NCBI GenBank assembly: GCA_040285855.1
Contig: JAUFOQ010000005.1
Location: 1,426,001 to 1,490,000 of the forward strand
Reading direction: 5' to 3'
DNA from: Eukaryota sp. GEM-RC1
Lineage: Eukaryota
Length of the DNA stretch: 64,000 bases
Of this stretch, positions 40,549 through 52,785 are shown one piece after another. The notes under the pieces are model-generated. The model searched no databases and was not told where the DNA came from. It saw nothing but the letters and a program-made list of their open reading frames with translations. Numbering within the stretch: the first letter of the stretch is position 1; every line of letters begins with the position of its first letter. Made by a program: the position numbers and the translations under genes.

Positions 40549-41814
40549 TGTATTCTATCTTACTTCCGTAGACTAACTTACTTCTGCTTATTGTTCCGCA
40601 AAACAATGACACTGTAACAACAATTTCATAAAGGGAGTTCTGAGGTTGTCCTGATATTATTATTATGACTTGATTCACACAGCTTACGTTCCGTAGCTCA
40701 AGATAGCCTACACTTTCCTACTTTCCAAATCTACAAAGTCTCCAAATCATGTTTCCTTTACAAACTGTGATGTAAAAGTGGAGAAATTCTATTGGATATT
40801 GTCTTTTCTATTATTCCACATAGAAAGTTACACATTGAGCTTCATATTGAACTCATTCCAACAATCACTTTCTGATCCGTTCCGAGCAGGGTCGAGTAAA
40901 CAACATTTGTATTTAAATATTTGAAATAAAAGCAGTGTATATATTCAGTTTCGACAGCGGACAAACTGCAATATATATTTTACAGAAGTGAAAAATAATT
41001 AATTATTTTTCCCTTTTTCTCCTTCTATGAGACATAAACTGCTCAAGATGCTAACAGTCTTCACTTTGTCGCCGTTGAGATCGGTCATGAAACTCCTGAG
41101 GAACTCCAATTACTATTAAATAGCCCAAGATCAATGTTCAAATATAATATAGATAATTGATGGGTACAAGCACTATGAAGAAAATGATTCCATTACAATG
41201 AACACAGCTGATATGTAAGAACAACACGACATGTCATTTTCCAAAAGTAAAATCGATCAATATATAGCTCAAGATTAGTGTCGATTTATTTCATTATTTG
41301 ATAGCAGAGGTTCGGTAGAACTAAAACGTTCAAAACAGTGTCAAACTGTGAGCCCTCAATCCCACGAGCTTAATGTGAACCATTATGTTATGATGAAATT
41401 CAATCCGAACCACGAATCCAACATGTACTGATAAATCTACGGATGTAAAAGGCATATTGGAATGGTAAGGTATTCAATGATGTGACACGTCATCAAAAGG
41501 AACAGTCCAAATCTACACATTTCTGATCACCATCGCACTAAAAGCGACAAGATTGTAACAAGGAATCGCATTGCATAATTAACATGCTCTCTAATTCTGA
41601 CATATTGTAGCATTGATTCTGAGCACCACAATACGTCATTTTTGATGATCAGTCTCACGTTGTCTAGAAGAATGATTCATGACGGATGAAAAGGATTAAG
41701 TGACGATAGTTCAGGTGAGTTCAGGTGATTCTAAGATGGGAACCACAAGATGTCTGATGAAAGACATTAGTCATTTTGAGAGAACATAGAAAGTTCTCAT
41801 TTCTTGATCCATCA
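40549..41814 (+). repeat. ~1.25-kb upstream region shared by LRR genes C, D and E
   Basis: Colinear with 48428-49667 and 56958-58216. Confidence 0.85.
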
Positions 41815-43491
41815 ATGGCCACAACTCGCCCTGAACCTTTGTTGCAAAGGAGTCGTCCATCCCCTTCCAGTATCTCCTCTGAGATGTCTAACTGTGGCGA
41901 AGTGTCGGTATTGTCTTCATCCACACTTTCTTCCTCTAAACGTGTCCATGTTCAGCAGACTTTGTTGATTCTGATCCATCTCCACTTGCTGAGACGTCTT
42001 TTCAACCGTACTCTTAAAAATAATCATGATCGAAATCCTCAACTCACTGATTTGAAAACAGCATTACCTGCATTCTTTGGACAAGTTGGCTATGTAAGTA
42101 ATCACTTTCTTGATTCTTCATTCCAAGCAGTTAAAGTCTATTTTCATTTACACACCTTTCATGCTTTTCACAAACACTTTCCCAGACTAATTTCACTTGC
42201 TTCTTTCTTTGGAGTAGATCTACAATCTGTTTTCTTGCACATTCCCGAAATCTTAGAAATTGAGAAATTTCTAAATTATTCTGGTATAATTACAGGATTG
42301 AGAATCGCACTATGGGAACCCTCTGATTTAGAGTTTCTAAACAATTCTTCTTCTTTATTTCCACGTCTTAAGCAGCTACAAGTAGAAGTGTTCCAACTCA
42401 CTGTTTCTATGTTATTGATTGAAGCGTTGAAAACCAATACTACAATTACAAGTATTAGTCTGTGTGAAAACTCTATTGGAGATGAAGGTGTCAGAGCTTT
42501 GGTAGAGGCATTGAAAGTTAATGTTTCAGTTACAAGTATTAATCTGTGTGAAAACTATATGGGAGATGAAGGTGTCAGAGCTTTAGCAGAGGCATTGAAA
42601 GTTAATGTTTCAGTTACAAGTATTTATCTGTGGAAAAACTCTATTGGAGATGAAGGTGCCAGAGCTTTGGCAGAGGCGTTGAAAGTGAATGCTTCAGTTA
42701 CAAGTGTTAATCTGGAGGATAACTCCATTGGAGCTGAAGGTGCCAGAGCTTTGGCAGAGGCGTTGAAAGTGAATGCTTCAGTTACAAGTGTTAATCTGGA
42801 GAATAACTCCATTGGAGCTGAAGGTGCCGAAGCTTTGGTAGATGCATTGAAAGTGAATGCTTCAGTAACAAGTGTTAATCTGAGTTACAACTCTATTGAA
42901 GATGAAGGTGCCAGAGCTTTGGCAGAGGCGTTGAAAGTGAATGCTTCAGTTACTAGTGTTAATCTTAGTCACAACTCTATTGGAGCTGAAGGTGCCAGAG
43001 CTTTGGCAGAGGCGTTGAAAGTTAATGTTTCAGTTACCAATGTTGATCTGTATGACAACTCTATTGGAGATGAAGGTGCCAGAGCTTTGGCAGAGGCGTT
43101 GAAAGTAAATGCTGCAGTTACCAGAATTGTTCTACGTGGAAACTCTATTGGAGATGAAGGTGCCAGAGCTTTGGCTGAGGCCTTGAAAGTTAATGTTTCA
43201 GTTACAAGTGTTGATCTAAGTAGAAACTCTATTGGAGATGAAGGTGCCAGAGCTTTGGCTGAGGCCTTGAAAGTTAATGTTTCAGTTACAAGTGTTGATC
43301 TAAGTAGAAACTCTATTGGAGATGAAGGTGCCAGAGCTTTGGCAGAGGCGTTGAAAGTTAATGTTTCAGTTACAAGTATTAATCTGTGGGAAAACTCTAT
43401 TGAAGATGAAGGTGCCAGAGCTTTGGCAGAGGCGTTGAAATTTAATCATAGAGTTGAAATAGAGGGTGTACGTCAACTTAATAGATTGTAA
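41815..43491 (+). CDS. RI-like LRR family protein C, 12 repeats
   Basis: Intact ORF from the family-conserved ATG with 12 tandem 84-bp units. Confidence 0.92.
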   Translation: MATTRPEPLLQRSRPSPSSISSEMSNCGEVSVLSSSTLSSSKRVHVQQTLLILIHLHLLRRLFNRTLKNNHDRNPQLTDLKTALPAFFGQVGYVSNHFLDSSFQAVKVYFHLHTFHAFHKHFPRLISLASFFGVDLQSVFLHIPEILEIEKFLNYSGIITGLRIALWEPSDLEFLNNSSSLFPRLKQLQVEVFQLTVSMLLIEALKTNTTITSISLCENSIGDEGVRALVEALKVNVSVTSINLCENYMGDEGVRALAEALKVNVSVTSIYLWKNSIGDEGARALAEALKVNASVTSVNLEDNSIGAEGARALAEALKVNASVTSVNLENNSIGAEGAEALVDALKVNASVTSVNLSYNSIEDEGARALAEALKVNASVTSVNLSHNSIGAEGARALAEALKVNVSVTNVDLYDNSIGDEGARALAEALKVNAAVTRIVLRGNSIGDEGARALAEALKVNVSVTSVDLSRNSIGDEGARALAEALKVNVSVTSVDLSRNSIGDEGARALAEALKVNVSVTSINLWENSIEDEGARALAEALKFNHRVEIEGVRQLNRL

Positions 43492-45137
43492 TTACTAATT
43501 AGTTTTCGATACAAATTGATTCTCGTTGTCCTTCACTATATCTAAGTGTAGTGTTTGTGAGGCATTGCATTTCTGACTGGATTTTCGATGATTTCTGTTT
43601 TCTCATGGTAAGAAGAATGTTTCTAGGTAATAGTCATTTCTTTACTTATCAATCATTTTAACTGAAGTTTTCAAATTTGATATCCGTAAAACAACATATT
43701 TCTGTTACATTAAGACGAACCCAACAGCCAGACGAAAATAGTCATACAATATTTTGGAAATCAGATACAATTTAAATCTATTTACCTCATAAATTTCAAA
43801 TCTTTCAAATCCTTAACTACTAACATCATTTACTGCATCAACGCTTTTAAACGTGGTGTTGTCTAAGATGTCGATACTTAGTTAGTTTCCCCGCTGCTGC
43901 TGACGTGGCCTGCTGACATGGCCACCAAGTCTTAAACAATTGTTGTTAATGTGCTGTACAGATCTGCATTTCTTCACTTTCGGTCAATGTTGGCCTTGGT
44001 TGCGGAAGTAAGTTATCTCAATCAATCATTACTGATGAAGATTTTGAATTAAATTATTGATTGCTGACAGTGGAAAAATTATAGTACTTACTATTTGTTT
44101 TTAGCATTCTTTAATATTTAAAAAAACTAAAATTTGATACCATTGAAACATCACCCATCACTAACAACAAAGCTTTGTCTTCATAAAAGGAACTCACCGT
44201 TAATAATGCTTTGGAGATGATTGTGACTACATAAACCGCACACAACTCTCTCTCCTCATGTCTTTTTCCCCTTCCCGTTTTATCAATATACAGCATAGAC
44301 AATATCGTCCTTTTAAAGATAAAGTGGGTTTACGTCACACAAAAAGCAAGAAGAACAATCGTCCCTTCTATTCTATTTACAGATTTCCAAGACAGAACAA
44401 TAGTTGGACTATTGATGAAGAAAAATACTGTTTTCAGCACAATCATGAGCTAATAGAAGAAAGCTGATATGGCTTCATTTCGTTCAAAACAAATGGATGG
44501 TGAACTAAAGTCCATGGCTTGTGCTATGTTGAAAGCTTTGATTCCTGCTTCAGACATACTGAGCTGTATTCAGCAGAAATTTCCTGAATCATCTTTAGTG
44601 CTGAACGATATTCATAACTTGCGAACTGAAACTTATAAGGTGGATCCCTTTATTTGTCAAACCGTGGATGAATAAATTAAAAATCTCCATGGAAAGAATT
44701 GTTTTATTGAAGTTAATTGGAATTCCCTTGGCCACATTACTCATTTAATGTTCCTCTCAAAAGAATCAGTTTCTCTTTATCAGGAATACGGAACGGTGCT
44801 TCAAATGGATTGGACCTACAAGACTAACAGCCACAAATTGTCCCTTATGGCTTTTGTAGGTAGAATTTTTCACATTGGTTTTGCATTTGTAACTTCTGAA
44901 TCATCTTTGGACTTCAATTGGTGCTTAAAACGATTTGAAGAAGTTACTGAATTAGTACCAGAATTATTTCTTACTGACCGAGACCTGGCACTCGTTAATG
45001 CCATTCAATTTATTTTCCCAGAAGAAAATGGAACTCAGCATTTGCTCTGTGTCTGGCACATATTTCAAAGAGTGGTAAAGAATTGTGCAAAATATTTTAA
45101 GGGTCGCAATAAGGCACAATTTGAAGATTTTTTGGTG
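43440..45137 (+). repeat. segmental duplication A (partner 59500-61172)
   Basis: Near-identical LRR C-terminus, 3' flank and MULE 5' half. Confidence 0.92.
44130..45137 (+). mobile_element. MULE (Mutator/FAR1-like) transposase, truncated copy
   Basis: HNHEL, DWTYKTN, FLTDRDLAL and HLLCVWH motifs. Breaks at 45137. Confidence 0.88.
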
Positions 45138-45146
45138 CTAATCTAG

Positions 45147-48100
45147 AATACAGTTTCTAAAGACCTTATTTCTTGAATTTCTTAGTGATAATCAGTCCAA
45201 CTCTAATTTTAAAATGAGTAATCTGAGTAGCTATGACATTGGATTACATGATCATGTGCTTTTTTTGAACAGTTTAATACTCATCAATCACCACTATGCA
45301 TAGAAGTGGCTCCTCATTCAATTCATTATGTTCTTTATGATCAACATTTTAATGACAATGATTCAATTTCACTTGTAACTGCTTTAAATTTTTATTTTCA
45401 TATTGAACGTGTCGAATGTCATGGTTTGAGAATTGTTCGGGGTTTAAAAAGTGTAAATGTTCACTGTTTTATTGCTTTATTTCCAATATATTCTTTGAGC
45501 GGATCAGTAATAGCGGTTGATATTTCCCCTCGTATAATTGAAACTTCTCTTGGTGTAGTTTATTACGACATAACGGTTGATAACTATGACTTAATTTCTC
45601 TTTTAACTGCTTCAAAATTGAATGATCCTAGTAAACGAGTCGAATGTCTTGGGCTTGAAACTCTCAGTTAAGAACGAATTATTAATATGAAGTTCTTTCC
45701 ATCAGCAGATCAATATTAGATGTTGATATTTCTCCTCACATTATTGACTTTGAAAATGCCGTGTTTTGTTTCTCACCAGAAACTCTTACTCAAATAACTT
45801 CTGAAGAACCCACAGCACTACCTGGTTTTTTGGATAGGTTTACTATCAAAGTATTTACTGTCCGAAACTGTCTCATTTGTCAATTTGGAGTGCCTGTTGT
45901 ACATGACGTCATCAAAAAACATTCAGTGACTTCTTTCAACTTCACAGTGCCTGAAAACAGTATTCTTGAATATCTCAATGAAAATCAGTCCATATCTAAT
46001 TTTGAAATGATCAATTTCAGCAACATTGATATTGGGTTTAATACTCTTTTGACTATGTTCAAAGAGTTTTCTACTCACGAATCACCACCAATTGTCGAAG
46101 TTTATCCTCATTCTATTGACTTTTCTCTTGGTATTATCAGTTGTTATGGTACTATCAGTTGGTATGGTACTATTTCAAGAACTGATATGTATTCACTTAT
46201 TGATGTCTTAAATTTAAAGCTACCCATAAAACGTGTTGACTGTCATGGATTAATTGATCCCTGTTTTGATTGTATTGTTGCCCTATATCACCTTCTTTTC
46301 ATTAACAATTCATTGATTGATGTAGATATTTTTTCCTCATTACATTGACACAGAATCTGGAATTTTTTCCTTTTCAACACTAAATCATATTGAAATTACT
46401 GTTGAGAATGTCTGTGATTTAAGTTCCTTTGATCTTAAAGAACTCACCTTACAAAAATGGCGTTTTGCTGACGATGGTTTGACAGTGTTATGTGATTTGT
46501 TAATGGTCAATACTTACTAACTTATCTTGAATTATCTGATTGTGATTTGTCTGATACAGATTTCTTGAGAATAGTTGATTCTCTTCGACTTAATTCCTCT
46601 TTAAATGTTAGATCAATGTACTTCGGGGGTAATTTATTTGGAAATCGCAGTGCAAAAGCCTTAGCCGAATTATTGAAAGAAAATACTACAGTATCCAAAA
46701 TTCATCTTTGGGGTAATTTTATTGGTAATCAAGGTGCTTTAGGATTTTCAAACTTATTGATGTTAAATTACACTATTGAAGTTATTAATCTAGGGAATAA
46801 CCCTATTAATCAAGGTACTAAAGCAGAGATTCAAAAATTATCCAATGGAAAGATTGTATTTCACTAGAAGTAATCAATCAGTCAGTCAGTATTCGTGGGA
46901 AATCAATCATAAATTCGCCACTCTTTGTCGTGACTTCAAGAACTTATCAAAACAAATCGACTTTTTGATGAGTTTTGACCTTGTGACGGGGGTGTCATTT
47001 GAGGTATTAAAAATTGTTACAATAAAAATCTATAATTCTATTGTTGATTTGTATCTTCTTCTACTCATGTAAAATACCGTTTTGTTCAGATAAGCTCAAA
47101 ACTTTGTTAAAATCTTAATTATATTTAATTACCTGTGGTTGGGTGCATCTTTTATTAGTAAGGGTTGATCGGGTAGTTATGGATATTGATGTTTAACCTC
47201 ATATTTTAGATGTGTTTGATTAAATATTCGCCCCAGGAATTTGTTACACCAACTTTCAACGAAGTTTCATTGTTAAAGTCTGATTTACAGAACTTTTGCA
47301 TCAAATTGTTGTCCTTAATCCATTGAGATTTTTCCAATGAAATTACTCCTCTGTGTGACCAAGTCAGTGCCAATCAATCATTGACTTCTGTTAACTTCAG
47401 TCACTGTCAGCTGGCCAACAAGGATTTCTCTTCTTTGTCAATAACTCTCAGTGAAATGACTTCTATACGTCTTATTAACTTAAGTAATCCAAATCTTACA
47501 ATTCACTGTCATTCGGATTTTCTGCCACAGTTTTGAGTTGTTAAGTCAATACCAGTATTTGAAGTTTGCCTCATTATTTTGATATTTCTACTGGCTACAT
47601 TGATTTTCACGGTTATATCAGCAACTTTAGTTTAAGGTCACTATTAGATGTTTTTAAATCAAACGTTTCTATTAAACGAGGTCACTGTCGTGGGTTCAAG
47701 AATCCCAGTTTTAATGACTTTTTTATGTTGATTGAAATTTTTTCTATATCAAAATCAGTTATTGATTTGACTGTCCTCACCTTGTAGACATTTGGATTGT
47801 TTGGTTTTTCCCCATGTACATGTGTGCTATTGACTTCCTAAGAAGTCATATCTCTAAAATGTTTTGTGATCAAAGAGCTTTATCTTCCCCATAATGCAAT
47901 CAGTCTATTAAGTGATTTAATAAGAATCAATTCTTCATCGACTTTTGTTGACCTCAGTAACACACAATTTACAGACTTTAATTTCTCTGTTTCAGGCTGA
48001 TGTTCTCATGAGGCCCATCAACATACGTTATATCAATCTAAGTGATGCAAACCTTCAGTTTAGTCATCTTTTGATAATTTTGCGAACAGTTTTCTACTCA

Positions 48101-50337
48101 CGAATCACCACCAATTATTGAAGTTTATCCTCATTCTATTGATTTTTCTCTTAGTACTATCAGTTGTGTTGATACTACATATTTCAGATACTGATGTATA
48201 TTCACGTAGTGCGTAGTTTGTTGGTAATCAAAAGTAGTACTTACTCCAATGGTAATGTGAAGGAAAAACAAAAGTGGTTTAATCGTGGAGTAAACGAGAA
48301 AGGTAAAAGGGAAGCGATTTTAAGAAATGAAGTTGTGGAACTCTATTATGGAAGGGCAAGTGAAATGGATTCTCTCAGATATTGTCAAGTATAGTTATGG
48401 ATGATAGACATATAGTAAGTTTGAGATTGTATTCTATCTTTCTTACGTTGACTTACTTACTTTTGCTTATTGTCCCGCAAAACAAATCATGATGGCACTG
48501 GAACAAAAATTTCACATATGAAGTTCTGAGGTTGTCCTGGTATTATTATTACGCACACAGCTTACGTTCCGTAGCTCAAGATAGCCCACGTTTTCCTACT
48601 TTCCAAATCTGCATAGTCTCCAGATCATGTTTCCTTTACAAACTGTGATGTAAAAGTGGAGAAATTCTATTGGATACTGTCTTTTCTATTATTCCACATG
48701 AAAAGTAACACATTGAGCTTCATATTGAATTCATTCCAACAATCACCTTCTGATCCGTTCAGAGTAGGGTCGAGTAAACAACATTTGTATTTAAATATTT
48801 GAAATATAAGCAGTGTGTATATTTATTTTCGGCAGCGGACAAACTGCAGTATATATTTTTCAGAAGTCAAAAACAATTGATTATTTTTTCGTTTTTCTCC
48901 GTCTATGAGACCAAAACTGCTCAAGATGCTGACATTCATCACTTTGTCGCCATTGAGACCGGTCATGAAACTCCCGAGGAAATCCAATTAAAATTAAATA
49001 ACCCAAGATAAATGTTCAAATAGTATATAGAAAATTGATGACTATGAGGAAAATGATTCCATTACAATGAACTCAGTTGATATGTAAGAACAACACGACA
49101 TGTCATTTTCCAAAAGTAGAATCGACCAATAAATAGCTCAAGATTAGTGTCGATTTATTTAATTATTTGATAGCAGAGGTTCGGTAGAACTAAAACGTTC
49201 AAAACAGTGTCAAACTGGGAGCCATCAATCCCACGAGCTTAATGTGAACCATTGTGTTATGATGAAATTCAATCCGAACCACGAATCCAACATGTACTGA
49301 TAAATCTACGGATGTAAAAGGCATATTGGAATGATAAGGTATTCAATGATGTGAGTCCAAATCTACACATTTCTGATCACCATCGCACTAAAAGCGACAA
49401 GATTGTAACAAGGAATCGCATTGAATAATTGACATGCTCTCTAATTCTGATATATTGTAGCATTGATTCTGAGCACCACAATACGTCATTTTTGATGAAC
49501 AGTCTCACGTTGTCTAGAAGAATGATTCATGACGGATTAAAAGGATTAACTGACGATAGTTCAGGTGACTAGTTCAGGTGATTCTAAGATGGGAACCACA
49601 AGATGTCTGATGAAAGACATTAGTAAGTTTGAGAGAACGCAGAAAGTTCTCATTTCTTAATCCATCAATGGCCACACCTCGCCCTGAATCTTTGTTGCAA
49701 AGGAGTCGTCCATCCCCTTCCAGTATCTCCTCTGAGATGTCTAACTGTGGCGAACTGTCGATATTGTCTTCAACCACACATCCTCCCTCTAAACGTGTCC
49801 ATGTTCAGCAGACTTTGTTGATTCTGATACATCTTCACTTGCTGAGACGTCTTCTCAACCGTACTCTTGAAAATAATCACGATCGAAATCCTCAACTCAC
49901 TGATTTGAAAGCAACACTACCTGAATTCTTTGAACAAGTTGGCTATGTAAGTAATCACTTCCTTGATTCTTCATTCCATGCAGTTAAAGTCTTTTTTCAG
50001 TTATACACTTTTGATGCTTATCTTAAAGACCTTCCCAAGCTAATTTCACTTGCGTCTTTCTTTGGAGTGGATCTACAATCGGTTTTCATGTACGCTTACA
50101 GAACCCTAGAAATTGAGAACTTTCTTAATTATTCTGGTTTAATTACAGGATTCGGAATCGAACTAAGGGAACCCTCTGATTTAGAATTTCTAAACACTTC
50201 TTTTTCTTTATTTCCACGTCTTAAGCAACTAGAAGTAGAAGTGTTCCAACGCACCTCTGTTTCTATGTTATTGGTTGAAGCGTTGAAAACCAATACTACA
50301 GTTACAAGTGTTACTCTAGATGGAAACTCTATTGGAG
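45147..50337 (+). repeat. segmental duplication B (partner 53660-58887)
   Basis: ~5.2 kb of near-identical sequence ending in the first LRR unit of genes D and E. Confidence 0.92.
45165..48205 (+). pseudogene. decayed 'PHSID/IKRVxCxG' repeat-protein genes, copy 1
   Basis: ORF pieces 45306-45671, 45761-46348, 46547-46867 (terminal RI-like LRRs) and 47566-47787 carry recurring motifs. Confidence 0.7.
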
Positions 50338-50661
50338 CTGAAGGTGCCAGAGCTTTGGCAGAGGCGTTAAAAGTTAATACTTCAGTTACAAGTATCTATC
50401 TGATGAACAACTTTATTAGAGATGAAGGTCCCAGAGCTTTGGCAGAGGCGTTAAAAGTTAATACTTCAGTTACAAGTGTTACTCTGCGGTGCAACTCTAT
50501 TGGAGATGAAGGCGCCCAGAGCTTTGGCAGAGGCGTTAAAAGTTAATACTTCAGTTACAAGTATTGATCTGAGTTACGACTCTATTGGAGATGAAGGTGT
50601 CAGAGCTTTGGCAGAGGCGTTAAAAGTTGATTCTAGACTTACAATCTGGGCAGTAAACTGA
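49668..50661 (+). pseudogene. RI-like LRR family protein D, 4 repeats, +1 frameshift near 50516
   Basis: GGCGCCCAGA at 50511-50520 vs consensus GGTGCCAGA. The downstream frame restores the repeat. Confidence 0.85.
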
Positions 50662-50936
50662 ACATTCCTAGACTTAAACTTGTTTTAAAAAAGAAGAACC
50701 TGTTTTATGTGAAAACTATTTAAAACAAATTCAATCCAACAAGAAGTATACAGTGTCGAGACAAAAGACTGTTCAGAAGCTCAACTTTGGGACCATGAGA
50801 GTTTACAGTGGGATCATTTTTTTTCTTTGATATTTCGATGATTGGTGGCTTGTCAATATCAAGAACTATATTGATAGACACATGTATGTTAATTACCCTT
50901 ATCTAAATTGGTCATTTCTAAAAAAGGCCATTTATT

Positions 50937-52027
50937 CAGTGACACGTTACAAAATTGAATCTAACACGTGTTAACACGTGTGTTACGTGTTAGCGTTCAC
51001 TGCTTTTATTTACAATAACAAATGAAGAATACCATCAATATTAACAAATGAGATACAAGTACCAATAAATTCTACATCATCTGACATTCACATCTCAATT
51101 CAAAGAGACGCTTAAAATCGCCTCAACAATGTTTTCAAAAGGGAAAATGGCAATTGTGGAGTTAAACGTATCTCTTTTAAGGGTTTTACTAATTTAATGT
51201 CACACATTAAGGATTATCACCCAAACTGGAAGGAAGAGGTAGATTCTTCTTTACAACGAAACAAGATGACACACTTTTATGTCAAGGACAAGGCAAGCGC
51301 TTACTTCAAATGGCTTCGCCTTGTCATCATGAACAACGTTCCTTTTTCGTTTGTTGATAGTAAAGACTTACAAGCTTTTACAACAGTGTGTCGTACCAGT
51401 CATGGAACACTTGTAGTCGTGGGAAAATCTCTCACATTGCATCTCACTAAGGTCATTGCTGAGTCTCTTGGAACTCAGTTTGCTATAGTTATCAATGGAT
51501 GGACAGAAACTGTATCAAATACTGAATATCTTGCAGTCATTGCATGTACTGTTTAAAAGGATTGTTATCTACTCGACTCCTGTTGATGAGAACTTTTAAG
51601 ATTATCAGAGGTCTCAACAACAACCATTGTCATCCAAAGCTAGAAATTCCCAACATCTGAATCTTGAGTATATTCCTGCTACAACAAATGTTGTTGAACG
51701 TCTGTTCAGTATTGCTAAGCACGGCTTGGGTTCGAATAGATACAGGGTAACTCCTAAACACTGGCAATGGAACTTTTTCTCAGATCAAATGAAAAGTTGT
51801 GGGATGAAGAAGTCATTCGTAAAGCTTTGATTTTGAAACCCGTCGTAGAAGAACAAGAAGTACATATATAATTGATTAATAGTTGTCGTTTGTATTCATT
51901 TAATAAACATTTGTCATCCTTTGTTTGGTAAATGTACGGAAAGAATATATTCACCGTACATTCCAAAGTACGGAATAATGCAAAAATCAGAGTCCGTATT
52001 ACGGCCATATATTCAACCTCATCCCTG
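50937..52027 (+). mobile_element. internally deleted or chimeric hAT element
   Basis: HIKDYHPNW..YFKWLRLVIMNNVPFSFVD..FAIVINGWT and IPATTNVVERLFS. Right terminus CATCCCTG at 52020-52027. ACACGT repeats at the left end. Confidence 0.7.
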
Positions 52028-52069
52028 TATGCCACAACTGATTTTTACCCCATTTCTGAACAGAACTCA

Positions 52070-52384
52070 ATGAATCTCCTGTTCTTCTCAGTCCTCATCC
52101 TTGCTTTTGTTTTTGTCAATGGTTACCACTCGCACCCTGAATCCTTTTCAAATCTGTCTGAATCAACATCTCTTCATTCTCCTGATGCTCCGTATTATTC
52201 CAATACTGATTGTATGTGTCCTAATCCCTGTGATCAAGGATATAGAGGATCCAGACCGCAATGTATCTCTGCCCTGGAGAAGTGAAAAAACTTCTTTTTC
52301 CCTCCATACAGAATGACTTATCAACAAGGCGGTTACTTCTATCCTGGTATTTGCTCTATTTGTGGAATCCGAAGACATGCGTAG
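52070..52384 (+). CDS. candidate small secreted Cys-rich protein (putative 30-nt intron 52282-52311)
   Basis: Signal-peptide-like MNLLFFSVLILAFVFVNG, then CMCPNPC..C. A GT...pyrimidine tract...CAG segment removes the stop and adds ...CSIC. Confidence 0.5.
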
Positions 52385-52785
52385 ACAATGGAACAATTCT
52401 GAAACATTACCAATTCTGTTCCGAAACTTAATCTGTACAATTGTTAAAGTACTAAAATAAACAGTGTCTGTAAGAATTGATGTAACTTGTCGTATGAACA
52501 AAGATTCTTAGAACAACTCAACGTCTGAGCAATGATTGTCAGCATGTTTTTTCAATTTTTGGTATTCATATATACCCCCTCTTAAAATATTACACTTCAG
52601 ATCAAAATTTATGTCTTAAGTTGAAATTCTGTTTGTAAAATTTGTTTGATTTTCTTCGATTTTTGGAATAATTTGAGGTCTAGAGTAACATTGAAGCTGA
52701 AAAATTTAGTGAAATACTCTACTGAGAGTATTACACTGAGTATTGCACTCATAAATTAGCTTTGTTTTTTCTAAATCTTATTTCT

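Noticed and set aside
42430..43440. CRISPR-like reading of constant repeats with variable inserts
   Set aside because: The units are in-frame 84-bp coding repeats with only a few variable codons. There are no spacers and no cas genes.
48194..49011. Short ORFs conserved between duplicates (48194/56724, 48799/57320, 46845/55364)
   Set aside because: Their conservation simply reflects the recent segmental duplication. There is no independent coding evidence.
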